Source of the DNA: a bacterium
GTDB taxonomy: Bacteria > Patescibacteriota > Saccharimonadia > Saccharimonadales > Saccharimonadaceae
Direction: 5' to 3'
Length of the DNA stretch: 63,041 nucleotides
NCBI GenBank assembly: GCA_963626095.1
Contig: CAVFVK010000001.1
Coordinates: 1 to 63,041, forward strand
Positions 19,140 through 30,310 of this stretch are shown one piece after another. The notes beneath the pieces were generated by a model. It made no database searches, was not told the DNA's origin, and was given only the letters and a program-made list of their open reading frames with translations. The translations under genes were made by a program, and so were the position numbers. Each line of letters opens with the position of its first letter. Position 1 is the stretch's first letter.

Positions 19140-21125
19140 ATGACTGGAAAAGCTGAAGCATATGATTCATCCGAAATTCGCGTTCTCGAGGGGCTAGAGC
19201 CGGTTCGTCTCCGCCCGGGGATGTATATCGGTTCGACTGGTTATGACGGTCTGCACCATTTGATTAAAGAAATCGCCGATAACGCCATCGACGAAGCCAT
19301 TGCCGGGTTCGCCAACAAGGTAAAAATTACCATTTTGAAAGACGGTGGGGTCTGCGTCGACGATAACGGACGCGGTATCCCTGTCGATATCCACCCTAAA
19401 ACCGGCAAATCCACCCTAGAAACCGTCCTCACGGTCTTACACGCCGGCGGTAAATTCGGCGACGGTGGCTACAAGGTCTCCTCTGGTCTTCACGGGGTCG
19501 GTTCTTCGGTCGTAAACGCCCTTTCTACCCACATGATTGCCGAGGTCTACCGAGAAGGGAAGACCCACCACATCGAATTCGACACCGGTAAACCCACCAT
19601 GGACCTAAAAATCACCAAAGGCGCGCCTCGCGAACACGGCTCATCGATCACTTTTTACCCTGATCCAACGATTTTTAAAGAAACCACGACCTTTGATTTT
19701 AGTTGGGTTTCTTCTTATGCTCGCCACCAAGCTTATCTGACTAAGGGTATTTTAATTGCCGTCGCTGACGAACGCACCGGTGAGCACGAATCTTTCTACT
19801 TCGAAGGCGGTATTAAAAGCTACGTCAAGCGCCTTAATAACGGTAAAGAAGTTCTCTCTGACGACATTTTCTATGTCGATCGCCAAGTTGACGAAACAGG
19901 GGTCGAAATCGCTTTCCAATATAACGACAGCTACGCCGAAACCCTGAAACCTTTCGCTAACAACGTTCTTACCCCTGACGGTGGGATGCACGTAGTCGGT
20001 TTTCGCACGGGACTTACTCGGACAGTTAATGATTACGCCCGTAAAAGTGGTCTGCTCAAAGAAAAAGAGGACAACCTAACCGGCGACGACATTAAAGAAG
20101 GTCTTACCGCTGTAATTTTAGTTAAACTCCCGAACCCTCAGTTCGAGGGTCAGACCAAAAACAAACTCGGCAACCCCGAAGTTCGTGGCATTGTCGACAA
20201 AGTCATGACCGAATATTTCGGCTACTATCTCGAAGAAAATCCAGCCATTGCCAAAAAAATCGTCTCTAAAGCCACCCTGGCCGCCCGCGCCCGTAAAGCC
20301 GCCCGCGCCGCTAGGGATAATGTCATCCGAAAAGGTGCTTTCGAGGGGCTCAATCTGCCCTCCAAACTCGCCGACTGTTCTTCTCGTAACCGCGAAGATT
20401 GCGAACTATTCATCGTCGAGGGTAATTCCGCAGCCGGTTCTGCCAAAGAGGGTCGTAATCCCCAAATCCAGGCTATTTTACCCCTAAGAGGTAAGGTTTT
20501 AAACACCGAGCGCGCTCGTCTTGACAAGATGCTCGCTAACCAAGAGCTAGTCTCCCTGATTAAGGGTCTTGGCGTTGGTATTGGCGACCAATTCAATATC
20601 GACGGCCTAAGATACGACAAAATCATCTTCATGACCGATGCCGATGTCGACGGTCTTCATATCGCGACACTGCTTATGACTTTCTTCTTCCGCTACATGC
20701 CTCAAGTTATCGAACAGGGTCACGTTTACCTTGCTAAACCACCCTTGTTTGGGCTCATCAAAGGCACCGGTAGCGCCCGTAAAATCGACTATCTGTACGA
20801 CGAAACCGCGCTCGAGAACAAATTATCCGAAAAAATCGCCGAAAAACGCAAAAACGGCACCAAAATCGACGAAAATCAAGAACGTTTCAAGCAGGCCGGC
20901 TACACTGCCCAACAGCGGTTTAAAGGTCTCGGTGAAATGGACGCCAAACAACTCTGGGAGACCACTATGGACCCCGAAAATCGTATTCTAGTTCAGGTTC
21001 ATATCGATGACGCTGAAAAAGCTGACGCAGTATTCACGAAATTAATGGGAGACCAGGTCGATCTCCGCAAAAACTTCATTCAGGCTGGCGCTGCATCTGT
21101 TAACCTTGATGATTTGGACTTTTAA
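19140..21125 (+). CDS. gyrB: DNA gyrase subunit B
   Basis: LEGLEPVRLRPGMYIG, GLHGVG, PLRGK, DADVDG, RFKGLGEM. Confidence 0.95.
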   Translation: MTGKAEAYDSSEIRVLEGLEPVRLRPGMYIGSTGYDGLHHLIKEIADNAIDEAIAGFANKVKITILKDGGVCVDDNGRGIPVDIHPKTGKSTLETVLTVLHAGGKFGDGGYKVSSGLHGVGSSVVNALSTHMIAEVYREGKTHHIEFDTGKPTMDLKITKGAPREHGSSITFYPDPTIFKETTTFDFSWVSSYARHQAYLTKGILIAVADERTGEHESFYFEGGIKSYVKRLNNGKEVLSDDIFYVDRQVDETGVEIAFQYNDSYAETLKPFANNVLTPDGGMHVVGFRTGLTRTVNDYARKSGLLKEKEDNLTGDDIKEGLTAVILVKLPNPQFEGQTKNKLGNPEVRGIVDKVMTEYFGYYLEENPAIAKKIVSKATLAARARKAARAARDNVIRKGAFEGLNLPSKLADCSSRNREDCELFIVEGNSAAGSAKEGRNPQIQAILPLRGKVLNTERARLDKMLANQELVSLIKGLGVGIGDQFNIDGLRYDKIIFMTDADVDGLHIATLLMTFFFRYMPQVIEQGHVYLAKPPLFGLIKGTGSARKIDYLYDETALENKLSEKIAEKRKNGTKIDENQERFKQAGYTAQQRFKGLGEMDAKQLWETTMDPENRILVQVHIDDAEKADAVFTKLMGDQVDLRKNFIQAGAASVNLDDLDF

Positions 21126-21134
21126 GGAGAAAAT

Positions 21135-23648
21135 ATGGAAAAAGACGAAAATCTAAACAACCCAACCGACGAAACCGTCGTCAAAGGTATCGAAAAACGT
21201 GGTGTCGAAAACACCATGGAAGAATATTTCCTCAAATATTCTATGTCGGTCATTGTCGACCGTGCGCTTCCCGATGTGCGTGATGGTTTGAAGCCGGTCA
21301 ACCGCCGTATCTTATACACCATGAACAAAAACGGCTGGAAGGCTCCGCACGCGACTGTAAAGTCTGCACGTATCGTCGGTGATGTCATGGGTAAATACCA
21401 CCCGCACGGCGACTCTTCGATTTATATGGCGATGGTCAATCTTGCTCAGCCTTGGAAAATGCGTTATACCCTCATCGAGGGGCAGGGTAACTTCGGTTCG
21501 ATGGACGGTGATGAGCCGGCGGCCTACCGTTATACCGAGGCTCGCATGGACAAAGTCGGTGCTGAACTTTTGACTGACATCGAAAAAGACACCGTTGATT
21601 TTCGTGATAACTTCGACGGCACCGAGCAAGAACCGGTGGTTTTGCCAGCTGCTTTGCCAAACATTCTCTTGAACGGCCAAATGGGCATCGCTGTCGGTAT
21701 GGCGACCAATATTCCGCCGCACAACCTTGGCGAACTTGTCGACGCCACCGTCGCTCAAATCGATAACCCTGAGATCACACTCGACGGCCTGATGAAATAC
21801 GTTAAAGGTCCCGATTTCCCGACCGGTGCCGAAGTCTACGGCGGTGCGCCGATGAAACAAGCTTATGCCACCGGTAAAGGCTCAGTTGTCATTCGTGCCG
21901 TCGCTAATATCGAGGAACGCGCTAAGGGTCGTTATAGTATCGTTGTCACCGAAGTTCCTTATGGTATGAGCAAAGAAGGCTTCATTGAAAAAGTTCGTGA
22001 ACTAGTGATGAATAAAAAACTTGATCACATTGCCGACGCTCGCGACGAGTCTGCTCGAGGTAAAATCCGCATTGTGGTTGAGCTGAAAAAAGACGCTTTC
22101 CCGAAGAAGATTTTGAACCAACTCTACAAAATGACCGGTCTCCAGACCTCTTTCCATTACAATATGTTGGCGCTCGTCGACGGTATTCAGCCTCGTATTC
22201 TGGGTCTCAAAGAAATTCTAGGCGAATTCATCAAACACCGCCAAAAAGTAGTGCGCCGGCGCACCGAATTTGACCTCCGCAAAGCCAAAGAACGCGCTCA
22301 TATCCTCGAGGGGTTAAAAATCGCGCTTGACAATATCGACGAAGTCATTAAAGTCATTCGCGCCTCTTATGATGATGCCGACAAACAACTCATGGCGCGG
22401 TTCGGGCTTTCCGAAATCCAGGCCAACGCTATCCTGCAGATGCAACTACGCCGGCTCCAAGGTCTCGAACGTAGCAAAATCGAAGAAGAATTAAAACAGT
22501 TGCAAGAACTCATCAAAAAACTCGAAGCCATTCTGGCAGACGAAAACGAGATTTTGCGCGTGATCAAAGAGGAGCTTCTCGCCCTCAAAGAAAAATACGG
22601 CGACGAACGACGCTCCAAGATCATTAATCACGAAGCCGACAAGTTCTCCGAGGAGGAACTAATCCCCGAAGAAGAAAGCGTCATTCTTCTGACTTCCGAA
22701 AATTACATGAAACGCGTCCCCCAGACCGATTTCAGAAAGCAAAACCGTGGCGGCAAAGGCAAACGCGGCATGACCACCAAAGAAGAAGACGTCATCGCTC
22801 AAATTCTCACCGCCAATTCGCACGATTTTCTCCTCTTTTTCACCAACCAAGGTCGTTTATTCCGGATGAAGGCTTACGAAGTTCCGCAGGCTTCTCTAAC
22901 CGCCAAAGGCACCGCCGCGGTGAATATGCTCAACATGCATCCAGATGAAAAAATCACCGCCATTATTAAACAGGGCGACGCCGGCGCCGACGGCTACCTC
23001 TTTATGGCGACCAAAAAGGGAACGATCAAGAAAACCGCCATCAAAGATTTCTACAATGTGCGTTCCAACGGTCTCATCGCGATTAAGCTGGCTGACGGTG
23101 ACGAACTCAAATGGGTCCAAGAAACTACTGGCGAAAACGATATCGTAGTCAGTACCTCCGCCGGTCAAGCTACCCGCTTCAACGAAAAAGAAGTACGCGT
23201 CATGGGACGCTCAGCAATGGGCGTTCGCGGCATGCGTCTCCGCCCGAAAGACGAAATTGTCGGCATGGACGTGATTACCGATCCGAAACAAAAGCTCCTT
23301 GCCGTGTCGGCTAATGGTTACGGCAAAGCCACACTGGTGGCTAACTTCCCGCCACATCGTCGTGGTGGTGTCGGTATCAAAGTCGCGACCGTCACCGATA
23401 AAACCGGTCCTATCGTCGCCGTGCATACTCTCGACCCGCTCGCTAAAGAGGTGATTATGATGTCTACTAAGGGTCAAGCCATTCGCGTTGCCATGAAAGA
23501 AATCCCGACTCTCGGTCGCGCTACCCAAGGCGTCCGCATTATGAAGATGAGCGACGGCGATACTGTGGCTTCTATCGGCATCGTATTGCCCGAAGAAGAC
23601 GATTCTGAGGCGGAAACTACCGCCCAGGAAGCCGAAAAAACTGCTTAA
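21135..23648 (+). CDS. gyrA: DNA gyrase subunit A
   Basis: YHPHGD, AAYRYTE (catalytic Tyr), GyrA-box QNRGGKG. Confidence 0.96.
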   Translation: MEKDENLNNPTDETVVKGIEKRGVENTMEEYFLKYSMSVIVDRALPDVRDGLKPVNRRILYTMNKNGWKAPHATVKSARIVGDVMGKYHPHGDSSIYMAMVNLAQPWKMRYTLIEGQGNFGSMDGDEPAAYRYTEARMDKVGAELLTDIEKDTVDFRDNFDGTEQEPVVLPAALPNILLNGQMGIAVGMATNIPPHNLGELVDATVAQIDNPEITLDGLMKYVKGPDFPTGAEVYGGAPMKQAYATGKGSVVIRAVANIEERAKGRYSIVVTEVPYGMSKEGFIEKVRELVMNKKLDHIADARDESARGKIRIVVELKKDAFPKKILNQLYKMTGLQTSFHYNMLALVDGIQPRILGLKEILGEFIKHRQKVVRRRTEFDLRKAKERAHILEGLKIALDNIDEVIKVIRASYDDADKQLMARFGLSEIQANAILQMQLRRLQGLERSKIEEELKQLQELIKKLEAILADENEILRVIKEELLALKEKYGDERRSKIINHEADKFSEEELIPEEESVILLTSENYMKRVPQTDFRKQNRGGKGKRGMTTKEEDVIAQILTANSHDFLLFFTNQGRLFRMKAYEVPQASLTAKGTAAVNMLNMHPDEKITAIIKQGDAGADGYLFMATKKGTIKKTAIKDFYNVRSNGLIAIKLADGDELKWVQETTGENDIVVSTSAGQATRFNEKEVRVMGRSAMGVRGMRLRPKDEIVGMDVITDPKQKLLAVSANGYGKATLVANFPPHRRGGVGIKVATVTDKTGPIVAVHTLDPLAKEVIMMSTKGQAIRVAMKEIPTLGRATQGVRIMKMSDGDTVASIGIVLPEEDDSEAETTAQEAEKTA

Positions 23649-23773
23649 GAAACATAAGCGACTCCCAAAAATTACAGAGGTCAAAACGCTCAAGATAGGT
23701 TTTTAAGACTTTCCGGGTTGCAAAATCCGTAAGCTCGTGTATATACTCCCTCAAACTAACTTGAAAGGAGTAT

Positions 23774-25099
23774 ATGAAAAAACCTTTATCTCTATCAATT
23801 TTAAGCGCCTTTTGGCTCGTCGGGAGTTTGGTCCCGAATTTCGCCTCGGCCGCCTCGAGCGACACCTATTGGACGCTCGAAGAAATGCAAAAATTAAACA
23901 CCGAGGTTATGGCCGAGATTAAAACCGCCTGTGCTGACACCGAAGATTTTATGTGTGCGGATTCGTATCTCTGGCGTAAGGCCAGTAGCGACCCGGCTTA
24001 CAGTGCGCTAATGAACTACCGCGCCTATAACGTCATGATTTCCGCGGCTAATCCCGAACGTCAGACGCTGAAATTGTATTATGACCTTCAGTCGCTTCCG
24101 ACCTGGGAAACTTCGGATCCAACTCTGTCCGACCTCTATGTCGCTCAGTTCGAAGAAGGACATTTTGAAGGCGGTTTCTATCTATTTCTTGAACGGGGCG
24201 AGGAGGCACCGTATACTAATATTCTACTCAACAAACGCAAATCCGTTGACGATAGCGATTGGCTCCCCTTCTATACCGAAGTCGAGTTTGATGTGCCGGG
24301 GCTGTCTGCGAGCGCCGATATGAGCTCGATATTGATGCTATTTTATCGCACCGTCTCGAACATCTCCTATTCTTTCGACTTTCCTCTCGAGAGCTGTCTC
24401 ACTTCGCCGGATTATCAACCGGGCATGGAATGTCGCGCTGTTTTTAGCGCTTCACGAAGGTTCTATTTACCGTTTGCCGTAGAAACCGAGGCCGAAGTTG
24501 AGACCGAAGTTGAGGTCGAACCGGAAGTTGAGCCAGAAATTACGCCCGAGGTCGAACAAGAAACCGAGCCAGAAGAATCAGAGACTAAGCCAGAGATTGA
24601 ACAAGAAGTCGAGACCGAACCCGAGGTCGAGCCTGAGCCGGAGCAATCCGACTTAGAACCCGGCAATACAGACGATGTAGAAAACGCCGAAACTACTGAT
24701 TCCAGCGCGTCTAAAATTACCGAAAAAACAGAGGTAGAACGCGCGGCAACGCCTTCCGACATTACGGCTGCCGCTACAAAAACTACGACCTCGACCCCGC
24801 TCGCGACCTCTGCTACAGTTGCGACATCGGCTCCACAAGCTGATACACTAGCCGACACAAACCAACCCGCTCTTGCATCCGACACTACGACTGACGCATC
24901 CTCGCAGTCCGACGCCACGGCCGACGTTTCTCAGCCGTCGCAAACCGCCACCGACCTCCCTCGACTTGGTGGCAACTGCGAGCAGGGAAGTACTTTTCCG
25001 TGGTGGTTTATTATGCTAGTGCTGGCCTGCGATGCTGTAATTATGTGGTTTTTCTGGCCAAAACGCGAAAAAACACAAAAAAATACAAAAAAGTCCTAA
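23774..25099 (+). CDS. Surface protein with signal peptide, Glu/Pro- and Thr/Ala-rich stalk, C-terminal anchor
   Basis: Signal peptide ending ASA; EPEVE repeats; LPRLG then TM then KREK...KKS tail. Confidence 0.8.
   Translation: MKKPLSLSILSAFWLVGSLVPNFASAASSDTYWTLEEMQKLNTEVMAEIKTACADTEDFMCADSYLWRKASSDPAYSALMNYRAYNVMISAANPERQTLKLYYDLQSLPTWETSDPTLSDLYVAQFEEGHFEGGFYLFLERGEEAPYTNILLNKRKSVDDSDWLPFYTEVEFDVPGLSASADMSSILMLFYRTVSNISYSFDFPLESCLTSPDYQPGMECRAVFSASRRFYLPFAVETEAEVETEVEVEPEVEPEITPEVEQETEPEESETKPEIEQEVETEPEVEPEPEQSDLEPGNTDDVENAETTDSSASKITEKTEVERAATPSDITAAATKTTTSTPLATSATVATSAPQADTLADTNQPALASDTTTDASSQSDATADVSQPSQTATDLPRLGGNCEQGSTFPWWFIMLVLACDAVIMWFFWPKREKTQKNTKKS
24705..24746 (+). repeat. 42-bp coding repeat, copy 1
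   Basis: 39/42 identical to the copy in topA (60188-60229, minus). Confidence 0.85.
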
Positions 25100-25106
25100 A
25101 AACCTG

Positions 25107-25135
25107 TTGACAACTCCCGCAGCTTTTGATAAAAT
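25107..25135 (+). promoter_or_regulatory. 16S rRNA promoter
   Basis: TTGACA-17-TAAAAT with upstream A-tracts. Confidence 0.85.
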
Positions 25136-25251
25136 AAGAACAGTCTGAAGCTGCGAGAGTTATTTTACCAGTCTTTGGAAATAGTTTAACAATTTAGTTG
25201 TGCAATTAATCATCGTCAGTTTTACTTTATGAGTTTGAACAAACTTATACT

Positions 25252-26787
<1,536 letters not shown>

Positions 26788-26948
26788 TTGAGAAGGAATT
26801 GATGCGCTTGATTTTCACCAGAAAAACAAGTAGCTAGGTCGGTTACGGTTGTGTTAAAAAGCTTATAATACAACAATTCTATTTATAGACGTAACATTTA
26901 AGCTAAACTAACTGCCGATGAATTGCACAACTAAGTTGTTAACAAACA

Positions 26949-26974
26949 AAAAACTGCCCGAAACGGCAGTTTTT
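26949..26974 (+). terminator. Intrinsic terminator after 16S
   Basis: AAAAACTGCC-CGAAAC-GGCAGTTTTT. Confidence 0.85.
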
Positions 26975-27001
26975 GGTATAATAAGGCAAAGGAGACATTT
27001 T

Positions 27002-27307
27002 ATGCCTAAAAACAAAGAAACCAACAACAAAAATTTCATCCCTGGCACCAACCCGACTTGGGGTTACGAAGTACCAGACGGTTACACCAATTCTATGGTC
27101 GACAAAAAAGGCCGCGTCGTCGACACGGGTTGGAATTTTGACGAAAAAGACGACGACTGGGGCGGGGAACTGACCGACGAAGAGCGGGCTACTTTTGAGT
27201 CGTTCAAAAATATCGCCGACGACTGCCCTTTCGACCCCGAAGTCGCAAGAGAGCTCGCCAAGCAAGCCGACGAGCGCAACGCCCACCACGGCGAGAACGA
27301 AGCTTAA
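27002..27307 (+). CDS. Hypothetical acidic protein
   Basis: SD AAGGAG; own TGGTATAAT; 101 aa. Confidence 0.7.
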   Translation: MPKNKETNNKNFIPGTNPTWGYEVPDGYTNSMVDKKGRVVDTGWNFDEKDDDWGGELTDEERATFESFKNIADDCPFDPEVARELAKQADERNAHHGENEA

Positions 27308-27360
27308 ACAAATACAACGCTCGCACCACTTCCTCGGGGTTTATGTTATAATAGACTGAT

Positions 27361-27885
27361 ATGGAAGACTCCCGCAATTTGATTGATGCCTACAAAGGTT
27401 TGACCAACGAACAAGTTTTTGATGCGCTGAGCAAAACTCGCATCTCGCTCGAAATCGCCATCGAAAACCTTGAGCACGATTTTAATATCGGCTCGATTGT
27501 TCGCACCGCCAACTCTTTTAATGTCGAAAAGGTCCATATCATCGGCAAGAAAAAATATAATCGGCGTGGCGCAATGTGCACGGATAAATATCTCGAAATT
27601 GTTCATCACACGACCGTCACGGATTTTCTCGCAAGCCAAAGCAACCGCGAGCTAGTCGCCATCGAAAACAACGTTAAGGACACTAAGCCTCTGCACGACA
27701 AAAAATTCACGCCAAACACCACCTTGATCTTTGGCTCGGAAGGGAACGGACTTTCCGAAGAATTATTAAACCACGTTCACGACTGTCGATTTATCGAAAG
27801 CTTCGGCTCGACCCGCTCCGTCAATGTTGGAGTTGCCGCCGGCATCGCCATGTACGAGTATGTGCGCCAAATTGTCCTAGTATAG
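27361..27885 (+). CDS. TrmH/SpoU (SPOUT) RNA methyltransferase
   Basis: FNIGSIVRTA, LIFGSEGNGLS, SVNVGVAAGIAMYE. Confidence 0.92.
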   Translation: MEDSRNLIDAYKGLTNEQVFDALSKTRISLEIAIENLEHDFNIGSIVRTANSFNVEKVHIIGKKKYNRRGAMCTDKYLEIVHHTTVTDFLASQSNRELVAIENNVKDTKPLHDKKFTPNTTLIFGSEGNGLSEELLNHVHDCRFIESFGSTRSVNVGVAAGIAMYEYVRQIVLV

Positions 27886-27980
27886 TCAACGCCGCCCCCA
27901 AGCTCTAAAATCCCAAATCCCCGCATTTTCGCTATAAATCCTTTACTTTTTCCATCTTTTTTGGTAAAATAACATAACAA

Positions 27981-28057
27981 GGGGCAATAGCTCAGCTGAT
28001 TAGAGCGCTGCCTTTGCAAGGCAGAGGTCCTGGGTTTGAATCCCAGTTGCTCCACCA
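27981..28057 (+). tRNA. tRNA-Ala(TGC)
   Basis: Cloverleaf with G3:U70; anticodon TGC; atypical D-loop GA and T-loop TTTGAAT. Confidence 0.92.
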
Positions 28058-28113
28058 TAAACACTTCGCACAAGGCCTAGCCTTAGCAAACCTTGCGCCG
28101 TTCCTTATAACTT

Positions 28114-28190
28114 GGGGATATAGCTCAGCTGGTTAGAGCGCGTCACTGATAATGACGAGGTCTGTGGTTCAAGTCCACATATCCCCACCA
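28114..28190 (+). tRNA. tRNA-Ile(GAT)
   Basis: CGTCA-CT-GAT-AA-TGACG anticodon arm; CCA end. Confidence 0.95.
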
Positions 28191-28204
28191 CTTTAAGCTT
28201 CTAG

Positions 28205-28228
28205 AAACACTCTTCGGGGTGTTTTTTT
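28205..28228 (+). terminator. Intrinsic terminator after tRNAs
   Basis: AAACACTC-TTCG-GGGTGTTT-TTTT. Confidence 0.8.
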
Positions 28229-28232
28229 GACC

Positions 28233-28317
28233 AAAAAGAAAACCGCCTATTTCTAAGCGGCTTTCTTCAGGTCATACATTAGGTTAAACAGCCTCGCAGT
28301 TGGTACTGTTTAAACTA
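28233..28317 (-). ncRNA. Candidate sRNA B
   Basis: Minus-strand TTGACA-17-TAAAAT (28351-28323); hairpin TTAAACAGT/GCTGTTTAA; terminator AAGAAAGCCGC/GCGGTTTTCTT-TTT. Confidence 0.6.
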
Positions 28318-28440
28318 CCTCTATTTTATCTCACCATATGCATATTGTCAATAGCTTTTTTCCACAATTTGTGCAAAACTTTTACAAAAAGTGTTCGGGA
28401 AAATTAAAAATATTAAAACACATTTTTTAGAATTAGCATA

Positions 28441-28469
28441 TTGACAAAACTAAAGCAGTATGCTATAAT
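28441..28469 (+). promoter_or_regulatory. Consensus sigma70 promoter
   Basis: TTGACA-17-TATAAT. Confidence 0.85.
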
Positions 28470-28511
28470 TGAAGCATAACAATATTTTTGGTGGGCAGAA
28501 CAGGAGTTATA

Positions 28512-28712
28512 ATGGCAGGTACTAAAGCGGGCGGCATGAAAGCTGCTGCTACCAACAAAGCTAAATACGGCAAAGAGTTTTACGCTCAAATCGGCAAAAA
28601 AGGCGGCCAAAATGGTCATACTGGCGGTTTCGCAGCTAACCCAGAGTTAGCACGCATCGCTGGTGCTAAAGGCGGTCGAATTTCTCGCCGCGGGCCAGCG
28701 AAAAAGGCTTAA
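28512..28712 (+). CDS. KGG-repeat general stress protein
   Basis: IGKKGG...AGAKGG repeats; SD CAGGAG. Confidence 0.85.
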   Translation: MAGTKAGGMKAAATNKAKYGKEFYAQIGKKGGQNGHTGGFAANPELARIAGAKGGRISRRGPAKKA

Positions 28713-28819
28713 TCTACGCCCGAAACAGAATTAAACACGATTCGTTTCAGAAAAAAACGCGCTACAAAAGGCGTGTTTTTTTGAACAAAAGTATTTCTTT
28801 AGTAGAACAAAAATACAAA

Positions 28820-29350
28820 CTAGATATTTTCGCACCGCGGACAATGATACCCGCCCCCCGGCGTCTCGTAGCGCGTCAGTCCACACTTTGGGCAACGCGA
28901 TTTTTGATGCACCCAATCTCGGTAACTGTCCAGCTCGGTCTCCATCAACTCGTCGTCAAATTCTACTCCGTACAAAGAGGCGAATTCGCGAGCCTTTTCC
29001 CACGCCGCCACCTCCATTTTTAGACGTTCGACATTGGTTTTAAAATGCCGGTGTCCCAGCGTCGCATGACCTAACTCATGGAGCAACAACAGCTTCCACT
29101 CTCTTATATCTAAGCGCCTCTTGACGGTTTTATCCGAAGTCTCTTTAGCAATCTGGGGCGACTTTTCGTCAGCTACTGCCACTAAATCATCGCCAAATGG
29201 CTCCACTACAATCGTCCTTGGCGACCGAAAGGCAAATTTTTGCCCCTGAACAAACCGTAAATCCGGAAAATCCGTCTTTAGACATTCCAAAAAATCCCCC
29301 GCCTCGGTCGTTCTGGCACCCACTCCCTTGCTAGAAGGGCAGGGAATCAT
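28820..29350 (-). CDS. HExxH metallopeptidase-like protein with C-terminal zinc ribbon
   Basis: LLHELGH...EVAAW; CPKC...CPRC. Confidence 0.7.
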   Translation of the reverse strand: MIPCPSSKGVGARTTEAGDFLECLKTDFPDLRFVQGQKFAFRSPRTIVVEPFGDDLVAVADEKSPQIAKETSDKTVKRRLDIREWKLLLLHELGHATLGHRHFKTNVERLKMEVAAWEKAREFASLYGVEFDDELMETELDSYRDWVHQKSRCPKCGLTRYETPGGGYHCPRCENI

Positions 29351-30132
29351 TTATCTCCTTGCCCTTGTGACTTTTGCTTCGCCAAGATATAGCAACCATA
29401 AATCACCGACTCGGTCGGGCGCTTCGGCCGGCGATATTTTACCCCTGATATTTCTGGAAGATATTGTGCATAAAGCTTAAAAATTTTACCTAGCGGCCCG
29501 CCTAGCACGATATTGTCTGGCTGGCACTCTGAAACGACATCTCTTAGCCCTAGCGCCACCCGCTTAGCCACATCCTGCATCGCTGCCTTTTTTCGCAAAC
29601 TCGTCGCTTGGTCTATGTGGTAAAACTTTTCTAGCGCACTCGCCGCCGCAATGTCTTCCCATTCAGCAATCTTTCCGTTGAACCAATATTTTTTATGCCC
29701 AGGCTCAAAACTACTAGACTGAGGCAAAATCCGGTTTTTCTCTACGATCCCGCCCCCAATTCCTGTCGAAAAGGTTAAAAACACCGTCCTGCCCGCCAGC
29801 CGATACCCCTCAAACAATGCCCCCAAATTGCCATCATTTTCCACCCAAACTGGACAATTGAATAAATTTTTTATTGGGGTCAAAATATTAAAATCGCCCC
29901 AAGCACGGTTCCCGAGCCGGACTGTATAATTTTTTTGTACAACTCCCGGCACCGCCACTGCTACCGCCAAAATCTTCCGTTTTCTAAAGCCCTCCAGCAC
30001 TCCCAAAAGATCACGCAGAAAAGTCTTATCACCTTGTGCCGTCTTAAATTTTACCCGCTTCACAATCCGCCCCCGCCTAGAAAACAGCGCCACTAAAGTT
30101 TTGGTTCCTCCGATATCAATCCCAAGATACAT
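29347..30132 (-). CDS. ROK family kinase-like protein
   Basis: GIDIGGTK, VENDGN, STGIGGG, EPGH. Confidence 0.9.
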   Translation of the reverse strand: MYLGIDIGGTKTLVALFSRRGRIVKRVKFKTAQGDKTFLRDLLGVLEGFRKRKILAVAVAVPGVVQKNYTVRLGNRAWGDFNILTPIKNLFNCPVWVENDGNLGALFEGYRLAGRTVFLTFSTGIGGGIVEKNRILPQSSSFEPGHKKYWFNGKIAEWEDIAAASALEKFYHIDQATSLRKKAAMQDVAKRVALGLRDVVSECQPDNIVLGGPLGKIFKLYAQYLPEISGVKYRRPKRPTESVIYGCYILAKQKSQGQGDK

Positions 30133-30172
30133 ATCTTGATTATATCATATAAATTTGATATAATAATCAGTA

Positions 30173-30291
30173 TTCGGGTCCATTCAAAAATTCCGACCGA
30201 ACCGTCAAATAGAGTTAGTAAAAATCACAAAAACCTCTATTGATCCGCGAAACGGGGAACAAATCCGTCGGAACTCCTGAATGGATCTGAA
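30173..30291 (+). promoter_or_regulatory. Structured rpsA 5' leader
   Basis: TTCGGGTCCATTCA/TGAATGGATCTGAA and TTCCGAC/GTCGGAA stems ending next to the SD. Confidence 0.6.
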
Positions 30292-30310
30292 GGAAGGAAT
30301 AAATTTAATC

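Noticed and set aside
19140..23648. Inteins in gyrase, or topo IV identity
   Set aside because: Lengths are normal with no splice motifs; the GyrA-box supports gyrase
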